From Euglena gracilis (lineage: Eukaryota), in NCBI GenBank assembly GCA_039621445.1, contig CP154954.1, positions 31,148,012 through 31,212,011 on the forward strand: DNA of 64,000 nt, read 5' to 3'. How positions within the stretch are numbered: position 1 is the stretch's first letter; each line of letters starts with the position of its first letter. The notes below the pieces were generated by a model that saw nothing but the letters and a program-made list of their open reading frames with translations, did no database searches and was not told the origin of the DNA. A program made the translations under genes and the position numbers. Below, one piece after another: positions 14,341-31,844 of the stretch.

Positions 14341-15264
14341 TCTTTTGCTTTTTCAGTCGGGTGCGAGATGGCGAGGAGGGAGGCTTTGCCTTGTGGCTTG
14401 CTTCGGCCACATTCCAAACAAGTATGATTCACCTGGGCATCTACCCAGACGTCATGCAATTGTTCGACGTGCTGACTAGCTGTGGGGGGGGGTCCCCTGC
14501 GGCTTTGATGTACCAGGCAAGATGTAACATCATACAACAATACAATGCTATATTGAGGCCTGCCACAGCAAGCACAAGGAACCCACACAAAACTGTAATT
14601 CTACTTTGTGCATTTTTGATTCAGAAAAAAACATACATAAAATGGTTAATGTTTGCCTTTCGTGGCTGGCCCTTTGGTTCGAGAAACTTTGGGCACAAGA
14701 AAATTTTAGAGAGCTTTGAAAATTATTTTTCCATCAAAGGCATCTGCCAGCAGAATGCTAATAATCGACAGATAAATTGTCATAGAACTTTGAAAAAATT
14801 GGAACCCCCCAAACCCCCCAAACCCCGTCAAAGATCGTGCAAACCCCCAATAAATGTGCAGCATAAGGTGTGTCCGACCGCACCCCCTGGGGAGGGGGGG
14901 GGGGTGACTGACTGGTTTTTGACCGCAGACCCTCCCCAAGGGGGTGGGGTCGGCCAAAATGGCCGAAAGTGGCCACCCTGCGACGAATGCACTGGATTTT
15001 TTTTTTGGATTTTTTTTCCAAGATCCTTTGATTTTTGGGCATTTTTGACCCAGTGGCCAGAGTGACCGATCCCCCAGGGGAGGGTGGGAAGTGGGTGACT
15101 GGTTTTGAAAAGTGACTGACTGGTTTTTTGAAAGTGGAAAGTGACCCCCTCCCCCCGGGGGTCAGCAAGCAATGGTATGGCTTGGATACTGCGCACAATT
15201 ATGGTGCTAATGGTTTGATCCAAACGAATGTGCAACCGCCAAACCGCCGAAATGAGGTCCCTAC

Positions 15265-17062
15265 CAGGCACCTATAGTCAAGCCCAAAAATTTCCTCATT
15301 TTAGGCCATTTTAGGCCATTTTAGGCCATTTTAGGCCATTTAAGGCCATTTTAGGCCATTTTAAGGTATAGGTGGGGGTTCTGAAAATCATATTTTTTCG
15401 TTATTATTGTCCCGAAAACTGTATCATAACGTGTGCAAACCTTCTCTTATTCAGTTATAACAAATGTACATCCAAAAAAGCATGCAAAATTCATGAACAC
15501 TGGATCAAAACCATGGGAAGCTCAACAAATCTTAATTCATTCCCATTACAGGAATTCTGAACAGCAAGAATTTATGGGAGTGAAAATTTTCAAGAAAAAA
15601 AAAACGTTAAAAATTTTATTTGCGCCACCAAAAAAGCGCTGTTTTTTTGTATTTTGTTAAATCTACACCATTTTGCGGAATATCGCAACAAGAAATCACT
15701 TTTTCGAAAGATGATGCTGTTGCCTGGTGAAATTCAATTTGATTTTGGCATTGTTTTAGCCATTTGGGAGAGGGTGGCAGAGATCAAAAGGCAAAGCTGA
15801 GATCAATTCCTCTTCTCCATGTTTGTTTTCCCCTTTGGGGAAACTTAATACTGAAAAGAAAACCCTCTGAACAAGTTATAAATAGGAGAGAATAATACAC
15901 TAACCACACCCAAACACCATAATATATATCGTTTGATATAACCAATTCGTAAAAAAAATTTTTTTAACATTATTATTATCTTTATAATAAAAACATTATT
16001 ATTATCTTTCACAAAAAAAATCGTAGTACCAAATCATAGTATCATCATAGTCAGCACCATTTATAAAAAAATTGTTGTTTATCATTCATTTCTTTATGAT
16101 GATAAATATTTAAAGAATAATTATTAAGATCCATAATATAAACAAAAAATGTACTCCCAAAACAATAAAAGGTGAAATATGTGAACCTAATCCTGTACCT
16201 ATTTACCAATAAAAGATTTCATATTCTGTCATATTTTATTTTTTTCATGTTCAATTTTATCGTATTCATATATTTTATTATACTCAATTTTATTAATAAT
16301 ATGATTTAACGTGGTCATAATAATAATTATTAACAATTACATATTATACCAATACTATTTTTACTTAATATATATTAATCAATTTCAATTTCTACACATC
16401 ATTATATGTCAACTTCTATATTATATATATGTATATAATTTAAACTAAAATTGTATAAAAACATGTGTTTTTTGTATTATTAAATATTACATTGAAAATT
16501 GATAATAATAAAATATATAAAATATATAGATAAATATATAAATATAAATATAGAAAATATATATTAATAAAATTGATAATAATAATAATTACGCTTTTTT
16601 CTGTCTTTTCCCCCGTGCTTCAAAACTTGCACTGTTTCATTATTTGTGAAACAGACATCGTTCCATACCGAAAAAAGATGGGAGTAAGAAAAAATACTTC
16701 TGTCCAAACCTTCAAAATTCAGCTACCAAAAGGTTGGGGACTGTGGATTTGGGGACTGATGCTATTATTAGTTGGGACAAAAAAATGGGCCTTGTGGGGC
16801 TGTACTCCTCTACCAAATCCACTGTTCGCCGTCCACATTGACAAAAGACACCGAAAGTCATTGCCTGAATGGCTTCAGTTGTTCAAAAAAAATTATTGTG
16901 CAACAGAATTTTTCCCATTTTAGGCCATTTTAGGCCATTTAGGCCATTTTAGGCCATTTTAGGCCATTTTAGGGACCCCCACCTATAGGGGGTCAAAAAG
17001 TCATTTTAGGCCATTTTAGGCCATTTTAGGCCATTTTAGGCCATTTTAGCTATAGGTGCCTG
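15265..17062. mobile_element. Non-autonomous hAT-like element with subterminal (TTTTAGGCCA)n arrays and an AT-rich core
   Basis: 13-bp TIR CAGGCACCTATAG; TSD GTCCCTAC at 15257-15264 and 17063-17070. Confidence 0.88.
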
Positions 17063-17586
17063 GTCCCTACCGAGTGACCCCTAAAAATGGCCAAAAAAAA
17101 GTCTTTAAAAAACTCCTCTCATCTTTTTGACAACTCACCAAACCAAACCTTCCAACAACCAACCGCTCCCCCCCCCCACCCACCCATCACAAACCCTCCT
17201 CCAAAGACGACGCCTCCCCCAAAAAATTATACCCAGGCTGACTTCTTTACACAGTTGCCAGCACTTTGCGCTGCCAGGGTCTTAAAATTGTTATTTTAAG
17301 ACCAAAAAGAGGATGTCTTAAAATTGGTATTTATTTTTTACATTTTTGCTAATTCTGGATAAAAGAATGAATGAAAATTTGAACAAACCATGAACAAACC
17401 AACAAATCATAATTCTGCACATACTATGACAAAGAAAGGAAATTGCAATGATGCAACAAAGCAAAGCAACATTCAACAATGCAAAGCAAAGCACATTAAA
17501 ATTGTGGGGAAAAACAGCAGCAAATTGTAAAACAAACCATCGCAGTCGCCTGCCCCTCATAGCCTCTCCCTCATGCAAAAAAATGA

Positions 17587-23726
<6,140 letters not shown>

Positions 23727-26700
23727 CCCCCGCCGCCCCGCCCCGCGGACGGTGACGCGTGCGGGTCCACCTACGCGTCACCGTCGCGCGTTGCGCGTCA
23801 CACGTTGAGGTGGGCTTGGCGAGCGGGTGGTCGGCAGCCCCCCCCCCCCCCGGACGGCCTGTTGCTTGCCATAAATAAACAAACGGGAAAAAAGCTCCTG
23901 TGGATTCCGCCCGCTCTTCAACTGTGTCTGTGCTCTTTTGGACCAGAATACATTCCATAATGTGGGCCCGCCGCCAGACCATTATGCCACCGGCCATGCA
24001 GCGTTGCGGAAAGGTTTCGTTCCTTTCCCCTCCGACTCCGACTGGGTGTCGTGTTCCCTCCCCCAAAGGGGTGAGCCTGTGCAAGCACAGTGGGGGCAAG
24101 ACCAACCCACAAAGCATCCCATCCGTCTCCCTGCCCCTCGGCCAGCCTTCTGTGCGGTGCAATTGGAGGGAGACGAGGCGAAGGGTGTTCGCCGGCCTCC
24201 GGCCAGCGGGGGGCTCCAGGGGGTGGCGTGGCCGGGAAACAGGTGGGGACCCCGGATAACCCCCTCAGTGCAGATGTTTTGATGCTCTTGACCAGCAAAA
24301 TTAAATAAATGTTTCTGGGATAAAAAGCTGTCTGCCACCTTCCTCAGCTTTAATTCTAATATTATTCTTTCAGCTTGGAGATTCCCACTGGACATAAAGT
24401 GCCACAAAGCAAATATTTCCCAAAATTAGAAAATTCCAAAAAAGAAAGTTCCAATAAAGTAGAAAAAAATCTGCGAAAACAAAAGGTCCAAGAGATATCT
24501 CATGAAGTTGCCCACAAAAAAAGCCTTCAGCCCAAAAATTTTGGAAAAGGAGGCCATGGACATGGGAGGGACGGCAGTCCCTGAGAGTCGTTCTGTCCTG
24601 CTCAGGCTGTGCCAGCACAGGAGCGAAGCCAGTCCAGAGCCCGACATCAAGAACCTTCTGGGAGTGTCACTGCAAGACATGCACTGCAAATGACTCAACT
24701 TTGGCGGAAACAGGCGGTAAACTTGCTCCGTGGTTTCGTTGTTATCGTACTCTTTCCATCTGTACAAATTCACAGCCGAAACAACAGCAGCAGCAGCAGC
24801 AACAACATCAACAACAATAACAATTCAAGATACTGAAAATTTGATTTCCTGATCCCACAACCAGGTTTTGAATAGTGCTGAGCTCTATACCTTGCACGGG
24901 TTTTCACTGTAAAACTGAAAAAATGGCTCGGACGCAGAGGCGGAGTTAAAGAATTTTTCCCGACTTTTTTGACCCGTTTTTGACCCCAACTCCATGGGTT
25001 TCGGGCCAAAAACGGGGGGCCGGGGGGGGGGGGGGGCGAATAACGCTCATTTTCGGCTCAAAATCAGTTTTTTCGGGTCCCGGAGGCCAAAAGACATCCT
25101 TTCAGGCAAGATTTTTTTCGATTTTTTTCGACTTTTTGACCCCCAAAAAAATGTCCGAAAATGGTCAGAACAGGCCAAAACTGTACAAACTGGCCCAAAT
25201 TGGCTGAAAAATGGACATAACTTGGGCTAGGCGGGGAGTTGTGGGGGAATAAAAATACCGTTAGAAGGGGCATTTTAAGGGCTTCAAATTAGGTCTCCGG
25301 ACGTTTCCTTTGATTCCCCACCATTTGTGAGTAATTTCAGAAAAATCAATTTTTTGACCCTAAACAAGGCTAAAAACGCACGCACGACTGCCGCGCTGTT
25401 TTGGGACGTAAATTGGCCATATTTCGGGCTAGGCAGGGAGTTGCGGGGAAATCAAAATACGGTTAGATAGGGCATTTTAAGGGCTTCAATTTAGGTCTCC
25501 GCACATTTCCTTTGATTTTGCTTCATTTCCGAGATATTTTGAAAACATCGACTTTTTGACCCCGAAAACAGCCCAAAATGGTCCCTGAAATGGGCGAAAT
25601 TGGCCGGAAAAATGGCCGTAACTCGGGCTACACGAAGCGTTGGGGAAAAAGTAAACCATGGTTGGATAGGGCATTCCGAGGGCTTCATTTTTGCTCTGTG
25701 GACTTTTCCTTCGATTTTGCTTCATTGTCGAGATTAGATGTTAGAAACCCGATTTTTTTTGGCCCAAAACGGCCCAAAAAAACACCCCAAAATGGCCGTT
25801 TTGGGCAGCAAAGGCGCGCCGGAAGACGGGCCAGGCGTGTCGGCGGCCAAAACAGCGAACGGGGGGTGATAGAGGGCCTCCGGGGGTACATTTCGTCAGA
25901 CCGACATTTCCGGAAATAATGTACGTTTTCTCGAGATATTTTCGAAAAATCGATTTTTTGACCGATTTTTGGACCCGGCGAAATGGCAGAGTCGGAAGGG
26001 GGGGGGGGCAGGTTAATCCTATCCAGTTTGCCCTTCGCGGCTGAATAACTCGGGCCTGGCGGGGAGTTGGGGGTCAAACGGAGGTGATTCGGAAACTAGA
26101 AATCCAGTCGCTCGCAATTGAAAAAAAAAATCCGGGAACGGGGCCGGGGTCATGGTGATAATCCGCGGTTTTCACGGTCTACCCAGAGGGGGGGGGGCAG
26201 GGGGGTCAAACCCCCCCTTTTCCCTGGTGGTAAGCTTCGCTCTTACCCATAAAGGGATCGCTGAGCTCTTATCTCTTTAGAGTAAGAGCGAAGCTTACCA
26301 CCCCGGCCGGAGACCCCCTGACCCCCCCCCCCCCCCCCGCCCCCCCCGCCCCCCCCGCCCCCCCCCCCCCCCCCCCCCCCCCCCGCCCCCCCCCTGAGTA
26401 GGTCCAGCCACCCGAGGATTATCGATGTGACCTGATTTCCGGACCCGAAAGGTTAATAGCCTATAGGTTAGGAGAGGGTCCCTAGTTTGTCCAGAGCCCT
26501 TAGGTTGCCCGCAACTCCGCGCCAGGCCGGAGATATGGCCCGAGCAAAAAAGTTGTCTACCGTTTTTTTTCCAAAGAAAGTTTGTTGGACCGGCAACAGG
26601 GGGTCATTTTTGGGGTCAAAAAACCGAAAAATTCAAAATATCTCGAAAACGCCGGGGAGTTGAGAAAAAGTAAAGAGTACCTCATTCCACAACTTTGGGA

Positions 26701-27139
26701 CGCCCGATCCACCGGTATGCGCGGTTTGGGCCAACTCCCCGCCTGGGCCGAGATACGGCCGTTTTGAGGGTTCGCCACGGGGGGACTCTGCCATTTGGAG
26801 CCCAAAACGGGCCCAAAAACCACTTTTTGCAAAATATCGCCAAAATGGTGGGGAGTTGAAAAAAATGTCCGGAGACCTAAATTGAAGCCCTTGGAACGCC
26901 CTATCTACTAGTATTTTGATTTCCCCGCAACTCTCCGCCTAGCCGCAGATACGGCCGTTTTCAGGTCCAAATGGCCGTTTTGTACACTTTTCCCTCTGTC
27001 CGACTTAGCCGTTTTCGGGCCAAAAATTCGAAAAAAATCGAAAAATTTTTTTTTGCCCAAAACCATGTTTTTAGGCTTCCTGGACCCGGAAAAAGTGTTT
27101 TCGAGCCGAAAATTGGCGTTTTTCGACCCGCCAGCCCCT

Positions 27140-27690
27140 CATGGCCCTCATGGTCATGATGCGCATCATGCCCAATGATGGCCATCATGCCCAATGATGG
27201 CCATCATGACCCCGGATGGCCATCATGACCAATGATGGCCATTATGACCAATGATGGCCATCATGACCAATGATGGCCATCATGACCCCGGATGGCCGCC
27301 ATGACCAATGATGGCCATCATGACCAATGATGGCCATCATGACCCCGGATGGCCATCATTACCAATGACGGCCATCATGACCAATGATGGCCATCATGAC
27401 CAATGATGGCCATCATGACCCCAGATGGCCATCATGACCAATGATGGCCATCTTGACCCCGGATGGCCATCATGACCAACGATGACCATCATGACCAATG
27501 ACGGCCATCATGACCAACGATGGCCATCATGACCCCGGATGTCCATCATGACCAATGATGGCCATCATGACCCCGGATGGCCATCGTGACCAATGATGGC
27601 CATCATGACCCCGGATGGCCATCATGACCAATGATGGCCATCATGACCCCGGATGGCCATCATGACCAATGACGGCCATCATGACCCCGG
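27140..27690. repeat. 19-bp minisatellite GATGGCCATCATGACC(AAT/CCG), ~28 copies
   Basis: Directly visible tandem array with two interspersed unit variants and a palindromic core. Confidence 0.95.
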
Positions 27691-27899
27691 GCCGGGCCGC
27701 CGGGCCGCCGGGCCGCCGGGCCGCCGGGCCGGGCTGCCGGGCCGGGCCGGGCCGCCGGGCCGCCGGGCCGGGCCGGGCCGGCCGGGCCGCCGGGGCTGGG
27801 CCGGGCCGCCGGGCCGCCGGGCCGGGCCGGGCCGGGCCGGGCCGGCCGGGCCGGGCCGGGCCGCCGGGCCGCCGGGCCGCCGGCCGGGCGCCGGGCCGG
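27688..27899. repeat. Almost pure-GC (GCCGG/GCC)n tract
   Basis: Directly visible. Confidence 0.92.
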
Positions 27900-28546
27900 A
27901 CTGGGATGGTCTCCCAAAGAGCTCAGCTCTACGTCACACCCTGGTAAGAGCTCAGCGACACCCCCCTATGTCCAATAATTATGCTCCGAATGGGGGTGTG
28001 ACGTTGGGCATAGGATCATGACAAAAAGGTATCCTCCAATTGGGGTTCAGTCGTCAGACAAGGCGTCTAAAAAAAAAGTCCACGGACTGGGGAGGACCCC
28101 GTCAAAAGGTCAATTTTTTTGTGTTTTGGTGCTCTGCACTGGAGAATTTTTGCATTTTTGACTTTTTTTGTCCAAAAATACCCAAATGGTTTTTGGCTGA
28201 TTTTGGGCAACAAAAATTTTTGGCCTGGCGCTTTGCTCCAGACCAAAAATCTGTCCAAACCTCCGAAAATGTGTCCTCCGACCAGGGGAGGGGGTTTTTC
28301 GTTAGACAAAGGGGGGGGATTGTTGGACAAGGGGGGTGGTGATGGCTCAACTAAAATGGAAGAATCAGTCTCGAAGAAAACATCCGCGATATACAATCAA
28401 TTTATGAACATAGTATCCAGGTAATGAAGGGGTAAACCTCAAAAAAAAATGCCAAGGTGTTTGTTGCCTTACTGGCAGAATGGGGCAAAAAATTACAGCT
28501 GCGCAGTGGGATACCATGCCCATGGCCCAGAGTGCCGTTGCTGTTG

Positions 28547-31098
28547 CTACAAAATGCTGCCGGTATGACCGAAAAATGCACCGCGATGCGCCAGCCTCCT
28601 CAGCTTTGCACGAAGCACCCGGACGCTGCTGGACTGGGCAGGCGGATGGGTCACGCTGGCTGGCTGAGGCGGGGGAGGGGCGTGGACCACCGGGTGGGGG
28701 GCCGGTGGGCCCGCCCGCAAGGCAGGGGGAAGCGGACCGTGCGCCGGGTGGGCCGGGGCGGGGGCTGGGCCGGCCACCCCGGGGTAGTGGTGGGGCGGGG
28801 CGGGGCCCCCGGGGTGGGCCGCAGTGATGTGGGGTGGCAGGGGGGAGGCCATGGGGGGCGAGGGGGGGCGGCACGCCTGCGGAGGCGGTGGCGATCGGAT
28901 GCCGATGGTTTGGTGGTTTTGGTCCCCCATGCCCCGTGGTCAGTTGGATTTGATTTACTGGGCGGCTGAAGAGGGGTTGGGGGGGGGGGGGGCAAGCACC
29001 CCAAAAAAGCCACAGGGGCTTCCTGTGGCGTGCCATGCTTTGGCAATCATGCAAAAATGGCGTTCTCTGTCTATCTACGCCACTTGGTTGTGCCATAAGA
29101 ATGCCATGAGAATTGGCAAGAAAAATCATTTTGAGCTGTGAAACCCTTCCATGCCCTCACTTTCCTTCGGGGGGAGAGGAAGACATTTTTCAGTGACCAG
29201 CACAGGGGGCAGTTCCTCTCCCCCGGAGACGAGGCGTGCCCCCCGGCGCAATAGAGCGTTGGGCCTGGTAGGGGTGGGGGAGGGGGGCGGAGGGGTACTG
29301 GCCGGCAGGGTCCTGGCGGTACCCCATCGCCGGGGTCATGGGCGACATGGCGTTTTGTGAGGCCATCGGGGCCGGGCCCCGCTGCGGCGAGGTCAGCAGG
29401 GTATTAAGCTAAGTGGGGAGGAGGTGGCCTGGACCCCCGTGACAGGGGGGGGGGTGGGGCATAAAAAATTTTCTGTTGCAAAGTGCCAGAAAACCGCGTT
29501 TTTGCGCTTTTTTTGAAAAACAGGTCAAAACATACACCAAATTTTTCATCATTTCCGGCATGAAGCACTGGAAAAAAAATTGGGTTCCCGGGGGGGGGGG
29601 TCCTGGACCCCCTTTGCTCCGAAGGGAGGGGAAGGAGGGGGTTGGTGTGGACCCCCCCCTCCCCTGGGGGGCCTCCTCCCCCCTCCGCAAAACCACCTCT
29701 CACTTAATACCCTGGGGGTCAGCCTTCCTCCTTTCGGGCCCAAAGTGTTGGGAGGGCTTGCCACCCCAAAAATCTGAGTTTGGTCCACACGGAGGCGAGC
29801 GGCGAGGAGCGGTCCAACTGAACTCATCCCACGTGTCTGCGCCACGCAAGCAAATTAGAACTGCATGGAGCTGGGGAGTGGAATCCTGCAAACCATCCAA
29901 CACCTTTTCGGGGTTGGCGGGAGAGGGTGGCTTCGCATCAATCCGGCAAAAGATGGAGGGTGGGACATCAGAGGGCTACTTATTCATGCCTTGCTGTACA
30001 GGCTTCATGGCACACCCGAAGGACAACGAAGTTGCGTCCCGACAGACCCACACGCTCCCCCATGCCCCCTCCGGGCCATCCGCTTCCCAGGGGGGCCCGA
30101 GGCGGGGTCAAGTGGAATGTCCCCGCGTGGCCTTCCACGTTGACGGCGGTGGAGGTCCCCGCGCTGCCCAGCCCGCCGCCCTGCCACCCCGCAGGCATGG
30201 GGGGCTGCTGTTGGTACGGCCCGCCCAGGCTGCCCGCAGGCACCCGCGTTCCGGTCTGATATGACTCGCGACTCGCAACTGCAATTGTGACTCCAAGGCA
30301 CGACTCACGACTCGCGCCTTGCGCTTCACAATCACAACTCCAGAGTTGCGACTGACGGCTCATGACTCACAACTTGCAAAACGCGGCCCTCCCCCAGGGA
30401 GGATATGTAGTGAACTGGACCCCAAAATATGCGCTAAAATATGCTAATTATGCAAAATATGCGCAATACAGATATACGCAAACACACGGAAAAATATGAG
30501 ATTTTTTCGAAACCAGGAAGCTTTGGGTTATGTTCTATTAAGTACTTTCAGGACATTTCGGTCATTTTTGGGGGCCATTTGAGTGCATGATCAGCTACAA
30601 TTGGCTGTTGTCGGACCATTTTCGACCAGTACGAGCCATTTTGGGCCATTTTGTGGCCGAAAGTGACCCAAAATGAAAGCAAAACCACCCAAAATTGTCG
30701 GAAGAAATTCAGAACGGCAACAATAATATGCGGAAAAGATGCAGAAACGGGCAAAATGCGTGGCATAAAAATTCTGAAAATATGTGCTGAATATTCAAAA
30801 TATGTTCAAAACAAGCGCCCCACATATCCCCTCCTGGTAACTCACAACTCACAACTCTCTGGCTCCAGACTCGCAACTGACGCTCACAACTCACAACGTG
30901 TGACTTGCAGCCCGTGAATTGCGGCTCATTCATGACCCGCTCCGTCTGGCTGGACTCCAGCGTGACGATAGGTGCCTGGCCAGTGGGCGCCCCCTGCGGC
31001 GCGGGCGGGGCGGAGCCGGGGGTGAGGGTGGACGGGGCGTACACCGTCAGGCCGCGGCCGGTGGAGTCGTACAGGGTCATGGGCGTCAGCACTTGCAT
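28547..31098 (-). CDS. Pro/Gly-rich low-complexity hypothetical protein (about 4 exons)
   Basis: ATG at 31098 shortly after a pyrimidine tract and AG. Exon 31098-30937 (54 codons) joins by GT-AG to the exon starting at 30255 (TGTRVPAGSLGGPYQQQPP). Further exons at ~29382-29230 and ~28870-28547. Strong GC3 bias. Confidence 0.6.
29397..29714. mobile_element. hAT-like MITE
   Basis: 12-bp TIR CAGGGTATTAAG; TSD GAGGTCAG / GGGGTCAG (1 mismatch). Confidence 0.78.
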
Positions 31099-31844
31099 GA
31101 CGGCGGGAAGCGAGAGAAGTAAGCGCCTGGGAAGGGGGCAAAGGGAAGACCGTGGCGGAACGCGAAGGTGAGATAGTGCGGGTGCTAAGTGCCTGTGGGG
31201 GTCCCCTAAAAAAGGTTGTTGCAGTCACAACACCACCTTGAGCCCCCTGTTGGGAGTATTGTCTCCACGTCCGCAATTGGACATTCCCCGAATCACAAAT
31301 TCGGGTTGTTTCCAATTCACCCAAGTTGCAATTGGCGGGCCTGTTTGATCATACGTGACAATCTGATCAAGGGAATTGCTCCTGATTGGGGCTCATAGGC
31401 ACCTGAAATATTCCCACACTTCAAGTTCACTCAATGAATCCGGGGGAGAGGGGGGGCTGGAAAATTTACTCTGGTACTGTACATAATTGAAAATAAAGCA
31501 AATACAAAACTACTGATATGTTTCCGAGGCTTCAAATGGCATCAAAACACTGCATGCTTTGCCCAACGGGAATTCCACCACAAATGGGTATCCTGGTTGA
31601 ATTCTAATTCTCAGATGTATGGGATGATTAGAGCTTCATTTGCAATGCATTGGGACATTTAAAATCATTCAATTAAATAGTCACACAAGTCTTTGTCTTA
31701 GGTGGCGCTAATTGCCCAACCAATTTCTGCGTTTTTTGACGTTTTTTGGGGGGCTGTTTTGAAACCCCCCTAAAAGGGCACAAAATTTTGGCTTGAGAAG
31801 GGCGTGTGGCGGCTTTGGACCAAAATTTTTTGAAAGTGGTTTTG

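Larger units (their letters stand above)
24877..27958. mobile_element. Fold-back composite repeat element with a central hairpin and a terminal minisatellite
   Basis: ~25040-25140 is the imperfect reverse complement of ~27020-27122, and ~25425-25500 of ~26868-26945. Perfect 21-bp stem 26226-26246 / 26282-26302. GCTGAGCTCT occurs at 24877 and 26260, and inverted at 27918 and 27947. Confidence 0.55.

Noticed and set aside
24426-24773. Candidate first exon of the RRM gene
   Set aside because: I could not find a convincing splice path or codon bias linking it to RRM1, so it is left unassigned.
27140-27690. CRISPR-like regular repeat array
   Set aside because: Units are contiguous with only a 3-nt two-state variable part. 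There are no unique spacers, no cas genes, and the context is eukaryotic.
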